A stretch of DNA of 64,000 nucleotides from Azolla caroliniana (GCA_043228905.1 JBHGNT010000130.1:7260-71259); one strand, 5' to 3'; shown: positions 36,431 through 50,986, numbered from the stretch's first letter. Made by a program: numbers and translations. Notes: generated by a model not told the origin, from the sequence alone.

Positions 36431-36499
36431 AGTAAGTATCTTTATACTTTTATTTAAATTGTTTATCTTGGCTTGCCCTAACCAAATTGATAATTGCAT

Positions 36500-37787
36500 A
36501 AACCTCCTCGTTCCAAAATAATTGGAGACAGTAATGAAGGTATTCCAAGCTTGTTCATTACACATTTGGAACGAGAAAAGTATGAAAAAAGAATGACAAA
36601 ACGAAAGGAGTTGGAAGTGCCTAAAGGTTCAGAGACAATGAAAAGTTTCCTACACAGATCTGACCCTTTCTGACAACTACATTAAACACTGTGTTCAACG
36701 AGGAAGTGGGTAATATGCTAAACATATTACCCAGGAGGCACTATACTTTACTGATTGCTAACATTCCATATGGATTCCAGATCATGGGATCAATGTACGA
36801 TAATGTGCCATACAAATATCCCCCATGTAAAGAAAATGGTGAAAGACATTGCCGAGTTGACCCTTGCACCTTTATGGAGACTCATAATATTCCATAGCAT
36901 GGGCCAATTATTGCCTGTCACAATAGCTTTAAAGTCAAGATGTCACGCAACCGAACATATGCATTGGTAAGCAACAAGGTATTTTGATTTACTATTATAA
37001 ATGTTGTTTTAATATGTTGCAAATTGTATTCTTAAAACAATCGTATGATGTTAATAGGATTAAAACTAATATCACACATACTCTGGGTGATCGAGTGGTT
37101 AGTGGGGTTGAACATCTTTGTGTGGGGTGGTACGATGTAATTACGAAGAAGAAGGCTTGGGCACATGTCAATGAAAGAAATGTTGTAAACTACATCATGT
37201 GCCTAGTGGTAACAAAGAAGTTATGTCATGTATCTGGCGATATGAGCCTGGTGAACCAATATTAAACACCACAAAAACTAATGAACCGCCTAATCGAGTT
37301 GTTTTCAAACCCAAATGATTGGGTTTTAGATTTGTTTTTTGGCACAAGTATAGAATATAAAACGTGTCACATCAACTTAGATTAACGTATAGTCAATTCT
37401 TCAGTATGATGTCACATGTGCAATTTCATTCTACTGTCAAGTAGTACTACAACATGTGCCTTAAAGATGTTCAGGAACTCTGTTGCATTAGAGAAGAACC
37501 CTACGCAGGTTAATTTCATCAAAATGAGGATCCAAGGTATCTAGCACTATCTTGATCAAGACTAAGAAGTTGGGGAAAACCATATCAATGAAACTGAGAT
37601 GTTTCAAATGACTTCTAGAGAACCTATGGAACCTGTAGATGAAGAAGCAGGGGATCTTGTTGAATTAGAATACGTGTTAGAGTGTGAACATACTAACGAT
37701 TCAACTGAGCGTACCAACGAACTAGCCAATGAGGACAATCCTGATGAAAGAGCTAATCTTGAAGAGGTAGCTTATGTGTTGGATTGA
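36500..37787 (+). pseudogene. Beta-class amino (N6-adenine/N4-cytosine) DNA methyltransferase, intron-containing and decayed; C-terminal part of the cargo gene
   Basis: Motif IV LIANIPYG (36751-36774); W^IKTN...VEH across intron 36967-37057; NQY*TPQKLMNRLIELFSNPNDWVLDLFFGT (to 37346); an intron of about 93 bp with a decayed acceptor; then STTTCALKMFRNSVALEKNP...IKMRI and an acidic tail to TGA at 37787. Confidence 0.82.
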
Positions 37788-38458
37788 ATGCATATGGCTT
37801 ATTGTAAAATTTGAAAAATATGAATTGTTAACTTTTGACGTAATATATAAGTTGATCTTATTTATAATTTTTGTGTAACACGCAATGAACTTAGAGATTA
37901 AATATAATTTGTATGTGTACATGTTGTCTAAAGTCTCCTTTATCGTATGGGGTATATGGGAGATAAAATTATAGTCTATCATTTACTCGTATGATTAGAA
38001 TGATATTGTAGAGTAGTTTATTTATACATTGACGGTGTTATGTATCACATGTCAATGGAATTTTTCTCTCCACATAGTAGTATCTCTTAATTGCAAGGTT
38101 CACAATTTACTTTAAGATATATTATATATAAATATACGCACATAATTAGAAGAAATCACTTATTTAGTGGGTTATGCTTTTTAGAATATGCACAACGTGT
38201 TACTATTATACTTGCGTTGACGACTATACCCTTCTCAAAGATTTGGACAAAAACATGGTAGATAGAATGTTTGTTGAATAATTTTGTTGTCGTGATATTA
38301 GTTAGTTCTATTTTTCGCTATGTTTTCATAAACCACATACGCATGCATCGTGCATTTTTAAAATTCTGCTTAAATAAGGCATTTTTTAACATCTCACTAA
38401 GATATGAAAAAAAAAAGAATTTGACATATTACCTGTTTCAAATGACCCGGTGTTAACT

Positions 38459-39675
38459 ATGTCTGTCCCTAAAGTAGCACCTCACTCACCTTGTCAACCA
38501 AGGTTCAATGGAAAGTGACTAACATGAAACTTCCATTTCACAATCTCATATAAACTCAGCAAGCAATTAACATGTAGTTTCAATGTCACAATCTAGTGCA
38601 TATAGGTGAATACTCCTCTCTTTGTAATCTAGGAATTACTAAATATGTATTTACTGTTTGTAGATTGAGAGAAAAAGAAAACGTCTTGAAAATGTGTTCA
38701 AATATGGTTAAGAAATTAAAAAGAAGTTCTTGCAACAACAATATGGTGGAGGTTACCCATTTGCCTAAAAGTTATTGCCATAGCCTACATAGAAGGACAA
38801 GATAAACTTTCTAGCACACTAATACACAAAAGTCTTGGCCGGCTCTTTTGGAAGTCTTGCACCAAACCCTTTGCTCTAGAATCACAATTGGGAGGTGAGG
38901 AAGAAGTGGCCGAACAGTTGTAATTCCTGTAGTAAAACTATAGACAACAAAGAAAAAGAAACAAAACAGAGATAACTCACAAAATCATTTAGTGGCATAT
39001 CCAAAAAATTGATTTGGCCTTTTACACTATGTATCATAAACAATCATGATTTGACTACTTTCGATATTCCATGGAAAACCATGTACTAACGTCTACATTA
39101 ACTATAATTGTATTGTTGCCCTCTGAGTTATCCATACACATCAAAGTTGGTGTCACACCTCAAGGTACTAAACCTAACCCCCAAGAATTTAGTTGGATTA
39201 TGGTCTTGTTGTAGCCTCTTATCAACTTATTTTCTTGGAGCTTTTCGTATGTTATTCTATGGTTTTATCTTGACTCGGATTGTACCCAAGTCTCTTGTGA
39301 GGTTTGTCATCCATGGTAGGCTCCTATGTTGTAAATCCACTTGTGGGAGAATCCCTTTCATACATAATGTGTTTCAATATGCACGATGAAATGCATGTCA
39401 TAAAAACTTAACTTTGCAAAACATCTTTTTTGCTGGCATAGATAGGAAGAGAAAACAATATACTAGTAACTACATAGAAAGTGAGAAAATTCAATGAAGA
39501 AGAAACTATGTTTCATAAATGGATTAAAGGCAATGGATACGAAGGAAAATTGCTCCTAAATGAATAAAAAGAGAGAGATAGTGATTTTCTTGAAAATGAA
39601 CTTTACCAACACATATATTGTAGCTCATTGCACACGTAAAGAGCCGCACGCAACCTATAAAAGAGCAGGTAGGTA
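38459..39675 (+). repeat. Older diverged duplicate of the CYP upstream region, ending just after the TATA box
   Basis: Together with 26525-26736 it is colinear with about 40260-41785; homology stops at CACGCAACCTATAAAAGAGCAGGTA (about 39647-39671). Confidence 0.85.
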
Positions 39676-39799
39676 ACATCCAAAAGAGCAGTTTACCTAA
39701 TTGGATTCGTCTTCCAAAAGTACAAGGGTTCAACTGAAGCTCAAAGAAAACGTCAAATGGACTTTAAGAAATGGTGGCGAGGGCTTCACTTATTTTCAG

Positions 39800-40245
39800 A
39801 TACAACTTTTGGTATGAAGTGCAATTATGCCATACCTTCTTTTTTATTGCATAGCTTGTAGATTGTGCTCCATTCATTTCTTATATGATATCATCTGTTT
39901 GATCAGATGTTGGTATCAGCTTTTTTATTACAATAGAGCTGAGATGAAATGTCTCCTTCTGTTTTCTATATGTACATTTCTCAAGTAATATACTAAGGCG
40001 TATCTATCTTGGGGAAAAAAAATCCAAGATTGTGGAATATACATAGTGTACGAGGTGCAATTTTATGGTGGACATTGCCAAGAGATTGAGTTCTTCCCCG
40101 TCATCATTGATCATGCCTTCAGGTCTCTTGGATTCACCACTCGGTGACCATAATTTGTTTCTTTCAATCAGAACATCTCTCATCTACTTCTTTGACAAAG
40201 CAAAATTGGATCCGTCAAACTTGCGAATCTCAAGGTGGTATTTTC
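39800..40245 (-). mobile_element. Degenerate Ty1/copia gag fragment
   Basis: Minus-strand LEIRKFDGSNFAL..MRDVLIE...ELNLLAMSTIKLHL resembles a Tnt1-type gag N-terminus. Confidence 0.7.
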
Positions 40246-41844
40246 TACTAATAGAGTGATTTCTATAGGCACTAAAGGAACCACCACGTGAGGTATTCGA
40301 AACCTCAAACATTTCGAAGCCATTATATGGTAATGAGACTTAGTGAATTGTAGCCTTAAGCACCTAAGAATAGTTGGGATGCTTCTTGCTAGTTGATTTC
40401 AAGCACAACTTTCACCATGAGCAAAAATGATGTCTACACAACTATCAGCATGGGCCGAAAAAGGAACTCTGTATGTTCCTAGAGTAACACTTCACTCATA
40501 TGTTAGCCAAGGATCATTGGAAAGTGACTAACACGAAACTTCCATTTCACAATCTCACATTAAGTCAATAACCATTTAATATGTAGTCTCTATGTCACAA
40601 TCTAGTGCACATAGCCGAATACTTCCTCTTTTTGTAATCTAGGAATCAGTAAATATGTATTTACTATTTGTAGATTGAGAGAAAAAAAAACTCTTGAAAA
40701 TGTGTTGAAATGTGGCTGAGAAATTAAAAATAAGTTCTTCCAACAACAAGAATGTGGTGGAGGTCACCTCACTTGCCTAAAAGTTATTGCAACATCCTAC
40801 ACATAGAAGGAAAAGATACAATTTCTACCACCTTGATACACAGAAGTCTTGCACCAACCTCTGCCACCATTGTGGGGGGTTGAGGAGGAAGTGACCGAGC
40901 AGTTGTTATTCTTGCAATACAACAATAGACAACTGAGAACAAGAAACAAAACGGACATGACTCACAAAATCTTTTAGCGGAATACCCAAAAAACCGATTT
41001 GACCTTTCACATTGTATCATACACAATTATTGGAAATATAATATGATCAAAATCACGTATTATGAGCCTTCTCGGCTTAATTATAAAAGAAGATAATTTA
41101 ATGCCAGAAGGGTAATAATTATGTAATATTGTTTCTTAGTGTAGTGGTTTCCAAAAACATGTCAAAAGTGGATTCCCATTTCTCTCTATGGAGAGTTTAT
41201 TGTGCAACTCTATCTCATGAGTTGTCTACTTTGGACATTCCATTGGAAACCATGTACTAAGTTGGTTGTATTGTAGCCCTCTAGGTTGTGCATACACATC
41301 TAAGTTTGGCGCACATCTCAAGGAGCTAAACGTAACCCGCAACTATTTAGTTGGATTATGGGCTTATTGTAGGCTCTTCTCATCTTATTTTCTTCTCTTA
41401 TAGTAAGTTATTGTATGGTTTTATCGTGTCTCTTGCGAGGTTTGTCATCCACGATAGGTTTATATGTTGTAAATCCACTTGTGGGAGAATCCCTTTCATA
41501 CATGATTTGTTTATATACGCACAATGCAATGCATGTTATAAAAACTTAACTTTGCAAAACCCATTTTTAGTTGGCAGAAATGTAAGAGAAAACAATATAC
41601 ATAATACTACATGAAAAGACACAAAGTCAAAGTAGAAGAAGAAATTATGTTCATAAATAGATCAAAGTAAATGGATAAGGAAAACTATTCCTAAATGAAT
41701 GGAACAGAGAGAGATAATGATGGCAATAGTGTTTGTCTTCGAAATGAACTTATAAAAGCCACACGCAACTTATAAAAGAGCAGGTATGAAGCTAACCTAT
41801 GTATCAATAGCCAGAGAGAGAGAGAGAGGAAGAGAGAGAGGGGG

Positions 41845-43631
41845 ATGGAAGAGTGGTGGTCATTATGGGCACTCCTATTTCTGGGCATCCTGGGATGGGT
41901 GCTCGTATTGCAGTATGTCCACCAAACCAGCCTTCTAAACAGCATATGGAAGATGAAGAGGAGGAGCAGTCCTGAGCTCCTCCTTATACCTCCTCCTCTT
42001 CCATCACCTCCAGGGCGCTTACCTCTCCTAGGACATCTACACCACTTACTTTTGTCCGGAAAACCTCTACACCTATGGCTCCATCACCTGTCCACACAAT
42101 ATGGCCCCATCCTCTCCTTCCAATTGGGCTCTATCCCCTTCCTCCTAGTCTCGTCTCCCGACATGGCCCGCCTCGTCTTGCATACCCATGACCTTACATT
42201 CGCTTCGCGCCCCTATTCTTCGGCATCCGCCGCTGCCCGATTTACCTACAACCGCAGTAGCCTTTCGTACACTCCATATGGCCCGTATTGGCGCAAGGTA
42301 ATATAAATTCTCACCAATAAGATCATGATCTCGTTTTTCCTTACTATAGAGAAAACGTGGGAATGTTTAATTTCTCATTGCAGGTGAAGGGGTTGTACAT
42401 GACTAAGCTTTTCAATATGCAAAGATTGCAATGCTTCAAGCCAATTCGAATGGATGAGATGGTGGGTCTCATTCGTTCCGTGTGCGAGGATGTCGCGATT
42501 GCTCAAAACATGCGCACAAAGTTACAAGTGTGGGCCTGCAATCTCATCTCCAGAATGACAATGGGAAAGAACCTCAATAACATTTCTATGATCACCAAAG
42601 TGCATGGCCCGATGCTTCTGGAGGCTATCTGCAAATCATTGATCCTCATCGGCCGCCCTAATTTTAATGAACTTATGCCGTTTTTGAAATGTCTCGACAT
42701 ACAAGATCTCGAACGGCGTACCAATGAATCATTTGAGAAGATCGACACCATATTTCAAAGAGTCATAGATGATCGGCGAAATATCGGCCCTCACGGTTAT
42801 GAAAATGATATTCTCGACATTCTAATGGCCTTTCAAGGAGATAAGAATGCAATGTCTAATGGTATTAGTTCGGATGATGATATCATCAAAGCCATACTAT
42901 GGGTAACTAACTATGTATATGGAGTTTCCTTCATTTCCTGTGTTTTCTTCATTTCAATTTATCAGAATAGTGATGGTAATATTTGTAACTGGCAGGACTT
43001 GTTTACGGGTGGGATGGAAACATCCAGTGTAGTTGTGGAGTGGGGATTAGCCGAACTAATGCGGCACCCCGAAGTAACAAGGAGACTACAAGACGAGCTG
43101 GATCGTGTCATTGGAAAGGATAGGCTGATGAGTGAAGAAGACATATCCAATCTTCCATACCTCCAAGCAACTGTGAAGGAGGTAATGAGGGTGCATCCTG
43201 TGGCACCATTGCTAGTCCCCCATGAATCAACGCAGGCATGTGAAGTTGCTGGATTCTATGTGCCGGAGAAGACCAGATTACTTGTGAGCAATTGGTCTCT
43301 CTCAATGGATCCCAACTCTTGGGAGGAGCCACAGGAGTTTCGGCCCCAACGATTTCTGAATTCGGACATAGATGTGAAAGGTCACCATTTCCAACTGTTG
43401 CCATTTGGGGCGGGCCGGCGAGCCTGCCCTGCCATGAATCTTGGCCTCCTCAATGTCCACCTCATCTTAGGTTCCTTGGTTCATTCCTTCGAATGGACAT
43501 TACCCGTGGGCATCCAAGAAGTAGATATGAGCGAAACATTTGGCTTGTCACTCCACAAAACCAATCCTTTGGTTTTGGCAGCATCGCCAAGGTTATCTAA
43601 GGATGCATATGTATCCCCAACAAATCATTAG
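41845..43631 (+). CDS. Cytochrome P450, CYP71 clan, copy 2 (spliced protein identical to copy 1)
   Basis: Exons 41845-42297, 42384-42902, 42996-43631. The only differences seen are one intron-2 base and one synonymous AAC/AAT. Confidence 0.95.
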
Positions 43632-45769
43632 ATGCATATTGAGAGGAGTTTAGATCCGAGGGTGTGACTAATAACGAAACTACTAAAGAACATGTTATTG
43701 TGTATCGGGCAGTTCGTCACACATTCGACATCGCGTTTTCTGTAAAGGTGCATACAAAGGAGATAATCTTTGTCGAGGAGTGTACCTCTTTGTTTTCTAA
43801 ACATTGTGGGGTGGAAATTGTGGAGTAGTTTAAAATTTAAGGTTAGAGCTCTAGGACACTACAAGGGACACATTTGACAAAAAGTTGGTAACTCCAAACA
43901 TTTCAAATATGACCAATGTTTCGTGTGCCATAGATACATAGAATTGTAAAATCATACATGTATACATACCTTCACGCACACACACACACACACATATCTA
44001 TGCATATGCATCTACATATAAACATATCAGCGTACGACATACCTACCTACATACGTAACTGCATACATATGCATGCTTCTAATCACACATGTTTCTTGGT
44101 AGTACCTTTTGGGCCAGGTTGAGATAGACCTTGGTGTTGGCCCCATTGATGAGCCCTAGTTTGTTTTGGGAATCTCTCTTAGTGGGGGAAAGAACATGGA
44201 TTAAAGGTACCATACCTCCATATGAACATCACATCTTGAGCACCTAATTAAAACGCTTCAAGAAACATTCATATGAATGAAACGATGTTAAAACATTTGA
44301 ATGAAATGTTGGATGCTTTGCCTTGATCACCACACTTGTCCAACTAGTAGCGAGGGATATATGTGGTTCCTTAGTAACACCATCCTATTCCAAATTGAAT
44401 ACTTCTTAATGTCCACAATTGACTTTATTCATTTAAAAATGAGTATCGTTCTAAATACAAAATGTTATAATGGCCAATCATAAACATGCAGCAAACCAAC
44501 TAGATTTACCCTTAAAGCATTCCAATAAGATAGTAACACCATCCTATTCCAAATTGTATACTTCTTAATGTCCACAATTGACTTTATTCATTTCAAAATG
44601 ATTATCATTCTAAATACAAAATGTCATAAAGGCCAATCATAAACATGTAGCAAACCAACTAGATCTACCCTTAAAGCATTCCAATCAGATAGTACTGGAA
44701 ATCTTGAAGTCCTAGAATATTCAAAACTTTGTGCATGTCATGCGTATATGTATATTTGTTCACCTATTTAACAAATATTATAAAAAACTCGAACCATAAT
44801 ATGTTAAGTCGTTTTTTAAAACGGCTTAAACCGTGCACTATTAAGCTAACGAATGTTCATACCAAACCAAATCACCTTAGACCCCTCAAACCACATCGAA
44901 TTATTTATATGTTTTCCAACTTGATTTGAAACAAACCCAACCATTTAAACCATTAAGTTGTTAAGCCACACTTTACGGGATTCATTTTGCTCAAACTTGA
45001 ACCATTGCTAATTGTTATAAAGACATGTATCTTAATTTTTGACATCATTGTTTTGTCCAAAAGAACCTCTTTTATTGTTTAGTTAAAATAAGATAAGCAT
45101 CAGATTTTTTAATTGATCTCAAAAATAAATAGTTACAAGAACTCACTCAAAAAAAAATTCGGCTCTGCACCACCTCACACTCTTCTATTCATGATCATGC
45201 TCACAATGAATATGTTGGATAAGAACATGATAAGGAATTATCATTATTTTCTCTTGAGTGTTTGATCGGATCGTCAACTAGATCTAGGCACATACACTCC
45301 TCATGTTCGACCTTCCTAACGTCGTTCATTCTATGCTTTACTTAAAATGCAGAAGTGGTGTGGGTGAAAGCAAGCTATAGTGTACTCACTTTTGGCCAAA
45401 TTTCTAGTACTTATTTGTTGAATCTAAAAAGCATATAAACTTTAAATTAATCCAAGATTTAGGAATAAAAAGTTGATCATCACTTCTCCTAAAGTTAAAA
45501 GTCACATTTAATGAGATTTTTTCTTTCAAATAAAAATACACTCACACACATCGGTTTACTCTTATGTGTGTGCCCATGTTTCCCCCATAGTCCAATCATG
45601 TGCATGTAAGGTTGTTAGTGCATATGTCGTGGTACAGTTGTATGGAATTATTATCACTAGAAAGATCTCTCTCTCTCTCTCATTTGGTGAAAACACACAA
45701 TTATATTAATAAATGTGTGTGGAAACATTACTTACAATGGGTGTGACAATGGAACATCATCACCCACTA

Positions 45770-47859
45770 ACTACACTACACGTGTAGTGGAACATGTTGA
45801 ATTGCCAATAGGCAAGACGAACAATCCACTGAGGAAAGAATTTCCACTTGCTCCAATAAAGAAAATTGCCACGTTAGTACTCCCTTCAACTTTTGTAGAT
45901 ATGCTTTCACTCCATGTCTACCATCGAATACAAAAGCGTTGCGCATATTCCAATTATGACACAATCCCCAATATCTCAGAAATAGAAAAACGATCTCCAT
46001 CTCTTATTTTGGATCAACCTGTGTAAATTGTGCAAACACCGACTATCTAGGTGTCAAATAACACACGCGATAAGACTTACCAAAATTGAGAAATGTAACC
46101 CCAAATCTGACAAGCAATCAGACATTGTATATAAATCGATGAGTACTATCTTCCATTTGAACAATGCAAAAAAACCAATTACCCGTCGCTAATCCACGAC
46201 GCTTTAGAGCTAATCCCAAATACAATCCTCTAATCAAAACTCTCCAAATTAAGACCTTAGATGATCAAATTTGTAAGATTTGCCACCACCCATGATCAAA
46301 TTTGTGTATTCTCTATTCTTCTTTAGCCTTAGATGATAATCATCCAAGAGACTAAGCAAAGCAATGACACAAAAGATTAGTAGTCACTTGTAGCAACGAC
46401 GCTTGACCCTTTAAACACCAATCAATCCACGATTGTTCTCCTATTTGTAGAGGTAAGGGACCTTGCATCAATGGAATATTTTGTAGTTGTTGCCAAATAA
46501 ACCGATAATTAGGTGGAATGCGTAATAATTATCACGCTTCAACAAACTCAAAAATTCTTTGAGATAAAGCCTCAACTATATCTCCCACCTCTTTGACCCC
46601 CAAACGATTAAATTGAGAGCGCAATCTCTCCTTTCCTAGCCAACATAATAATCTTCCACAATAAATATTGAAGAGGTTGCAAAATAGAATGCAAAGCCTT
46701 CTTTGTCCATGGCAACAATGGCAAGTAATATAATATCATGGGTTCCATAATACATTGTACAACCTTCAAAAGTACATGAAATGGCCAAGATTGTGCCATC
46801 CAATACATGAACTTATTCCTCAACTTGCTAGACATCCATTCAATCAATTGACCATTTGTAACATTCATTCCTAATGCATATCCCAAGTGTCAAAAAATAG
46901 AGTCTTTGTTCACCACAAATACTTGCCATCCTAAACATTCCAAATCCTTTTCAATACATGATATGAGACTAGACTTCCTCCAATTAATATGTAATCCGGA
47001 AGCCAATGCAAATTGGTTCCATACAAGCATCCCCTTCTCAAGATTTGCTCACGAGGCTTGTAGAAACATGAAAGAATCATCAACCAAAGCTTGTGCTACA
47101 AGTTGCCCTCCAGACGGAAGGTTTAGACCCACAATGTCACCATTTGTTGCAAACCTTGATAACATCACTAACAAGGGATGAGTAACAACAACAAACAACA
47201 ATGGACTAAGAGGGCTTCCTTCATGAATGAATCTTGTGTGAAGGAAATATCTAATATAACTCGGGACCCCCATTAAGGATTACCGAGACACCGCATCTTG
47301 TCCTAATAAAAATATGAGGCGAGACATGAGGTCCAAAGCACATTGTATCCATTAAACTAGAAACAAAGGAACAATGAACATGATCATAAGCTTTCTCCAT
47401 ATCTAATTGCACAATAATCAATTCTTGATGATTGTTTTGAGCATAATCCATGGCCATTTGAACATTCAACACATTATGCAATATATTCCTCCCTGCAACA
47501 AAACCATATTGGGCAGGATGTATCAACTTTGGAAAATACTTTTGTAATCTATTTGCCAAGACCTTTGTATCAACTCCACCATCAAAGAAATAGGTCTCCA
47601 TTAATGAAATGATTTGGGAGATGTCACCTTTGGAACTATTTTGATTAGACGAACCTTCCAAGCTTGAGGCATATGACGAGAATCCCAAGAATGTTGAAAC
47701 ATCAAACTTAAGGACCCCTTAAAAATGTTGGAATATCGCTTAAAAACTTCATTTGTTAAGCCATCCCAACTAGGGCTCTTAACACTCAGAAGATGCCTTA
47801 AAACTGTGTCCACGTCATCCTCAGTGAAATCCGCATCCAATTCATGACTAATGAGGTCA
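45770..47859 (-). mobile_element. L1 relic, copy 2, without the gypsy insertion
   Basis: Same RT fragments, e.g. QLDMEKAYDHV at about 47380-47410. Confidence 0.85.
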
Positions 47860-50594
47860 TGTAGAATAAATGTTCAATTCGGAGACGCTGAACCAACAAA
47901 AGGCCCAGTGGAAGAGGCGCAAACACCGCGACAACAAGGGTGCTGAGAAAGGCCGCATGAGCCGACAAGCCGACAGGAAGGGTCGAGGTGCGCGGAATTG
48001 AACGGGTCGAGGAGCGCGAGCGAGGCGTGAAGCCAGGAGAAGCCGGAATGAAAATCCGAAAGAGCAGGCGGAACCTCAAGTTGAGCTTGAGGGGGAGTGT
48101 TGAGATACAAGCTCAACATTGGGTGCATAAACCGGTGCGTAAACCGGGTGAGCAACGAGAGGCCGTAGCGGTGCTCAAACCGGGAGGCCGTTGGATAGAT
48201 ATTCCGTGGAGGAATATATTCTTGGGAGTTAGTGTAAGGGCTCATTCATGAGCATTGAAGTACGACGTGTCGGTACTTCCATTAGTTTGTATGGACTTGT
48301 ATAAAAGTGCTCTCTAAGCACATCCTATGTATAGAGTTTTTTAGAGTATTATTTTGGAATAGAGTTTTTTGTGTTCTGCTCTCTCTGTCTCTCCTGCGTA
48401 CATTGTGTTGATTAGGCTTTCCATTAGACTAGGACTTGATGACATGTAGATGTGGTAAGCTCAACTTGTGCAAAAAAAACTCTACTCACTGGACTCGATG
48501 AAATGGAACTAGGACTATGAACTAGCTCTATAGATCTAGGATAGTCCAACCAAATGGCTTTTATTTTGCCTGGACTTACTCGTTTAATACATCCTCTAAT
48601 TGACTGAAGACATCGAATCAATTCTCATGTCATGGACTATTAGGCTTACTTATGTTATTAGAAGTAACAATGGAACTGGAATTAGGGATGTCAAGTGCAC
48701 TTACTTGGTATAATTGACATCTAGGCTTATGTGGACAATTCACGACTATATGTCCTGGACTACCGCAATATAGGCAAAGGCGGTGTGCTCGATATCGTTG
48801 TTTCTTAGCACGTGATAAAGGCCTCGACTTTGTGTTGACTCTATTTCCATCGGAGTTGGGCCATCTGTTGTAATGGATCTGGACACTTGTGGAGGTGTTG
48901 TGACTATAGAAGCATATATTTGTTCTTGTTGGTGGCGTAACATTTTTTGGCGCTCAGAACGTCGCTCAAATACGTGATTATCACATTGCACGACTCGACT
49001 AATGGCCTCATTAAGAGACTTCGAGTCTTCGTGGAAAGTAAGAAGAAGATCTTTGACATTATTATGCAAACCTTGACAGAATTGATCCATTAAGTCCACC
49101 TCATCCCAAGGATATCGCATGCCAAAAGACGAAAATCTGTTGCATAAGCTGACGTGAGACGATCTCTTTGTCGAAGACTTCGAATCTTGTTTATCACCGT
49201 CCTAGTGTTGTTGGTGTCTCCAAAACTAGCTTTAAAATCCTTAACAAATGCCTCAACATCCTTAAGCAACGGTGATTTCTTCTCTCGAAGTGGTGCAAAC
49301 CATGCTGATGTCATACCACATAGCAATGTTCCCACTAATCCCACATGGGCAGCATCAGTTGGATACCGATTGGGATGTAACTGAATAACCAAACAGACTT
49401 GATTCAAAAAGCCTCGAAATAAAGACCTCCTACCATCAAACTTGGTAGGGAGGCTAATCTTTGATTCTCGAGGGGAGTTTTGAGCCCCAACCGCTTGTTC
49501 TTGTAATGACAATATAGTAGCCTCGAGTTGGTAAACCCGTTGTTGTGCCTTTCGACGCCCGATCATTGCGCTCGGCCACCGTCATCATGTTGTTAGCCTC
49601 TTGTTGATTCTCCATCTCCTTGTGACCCGTTTTCATGACGGGTTCACCAAATGTGTCATGCATTTCGGCGCCGGATCGTTGTGTGAGTCGGGTGGGAATC
49701 GCTGGGATTTTCAACTAGGAGGAGGAAGAATTTGAAATGAGTCTAATTATGAATATATTGCAAGAAAGAGAGATAGGGAACTCGTGAATTCCACGAGTAT
49801 AACATATTAATCAATATTTAGAAAAGGATATGAATTTACATTGAAAGACAGTAATAGATAGAAAACATCATGAATCCCCATGAATATAATATAGTAATCA
49901 ACCCTTATGAAGGAAAATCAACCCCCTTACAATTTGCCCCCCACCCCTATATAGTGATGGGAGAGACCAAGTATATAGTAATCCATGCTTTTCTTAACTA
50001 TAGACCTCATGCTTTTTTCCTTCTAATAACAATGTTCATGCACGTGAGATACATGCATGAATTGCTTTTTCGATCATTCGTTTTCTTTTGATTAAAGTTT
50101 TATGCACTCTACGTGTAAAAGTAGCTTTTTCTAAAAATTATACATAAAATAATCTTTGTATGTGGGATATCTACTTGTCTAACAGTAATGATGTGTTAGT
50201 ATAATGGTAAAGCTATAGCTCATTAACATGGAGGTATAGGGTTTGAATCTTACCGTATGCATGTAACATACATTTTAATATTTTCTTCGGTTTCTTCATA
50301 TTTATCCAATTAGTTATTGTATACGTTTTTCAGGTACTGTACAAATTACCCTACGACACCATTGTGGTAACTCTTCATATTGTTGAGCTTTCTCGGTACT
50401 CATTTTTTGTAGGTCTACATGTAGCCTTTGATTTTCATGCTCTAATGCCACAAATTTATTCGTGAGCATGTCGAGCTCAGAAAGAACACGCATACATTCT
50501 TGTTTGCTTAGGACTCCATAACTTACGAGGGGAGGAGAAGAAAGAAGAGAACTTGTTGGAAGAGGGAGAAATGAAAAATTGGTTCAAACTGTCA

Positions 50595-50632
<38 letters not shown>

Positions 50633-50952
50633 GAAAACAAAATATTGTAGTGCACTTGTCATGATATAGCATGGTATGGCATTAAAAGGATTCAAACCCA
50701 TAACCTAGTGTCACATGGGATGAAGCCCTACCATTAAACTATATATTATAATACAAAAAATATTGGTTTCATTTATTATTTCACTATAGAAAATTGGTGT
50801 ATATTCCAAATTTCTCTAGAACATTCTAGAAACTTCAGGAGTATAAAAAGAGGCACAAGGCATTATTTCGAATCAATTCGGTTCAACGCCAGTCTTAAGC
50901 CTCCTAGCTATTCTTGTACTTACTCTTCATATAATATATCACATGTTATCAC

Positions 50953-50986
<34 letters not shown>

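Larger units (their letters stand above)
26737..38454. mobile_element. TIR DNA transposon (Sola-like), 11.7 kb including nested inserts, carrying a ParB-methyltransferase cargo gene
   Basis: Left TIR AACACCGAGTCATTAGAAATAGGTAATATG (26737-26766) matches the reverse complement of 38425-38454 at 27/30. 4-bp TSD AACT at 26733-26736 and 38455-38458. The joined flanks match the paralogous empty site at about 40461-40500. Confidence 0.9.
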
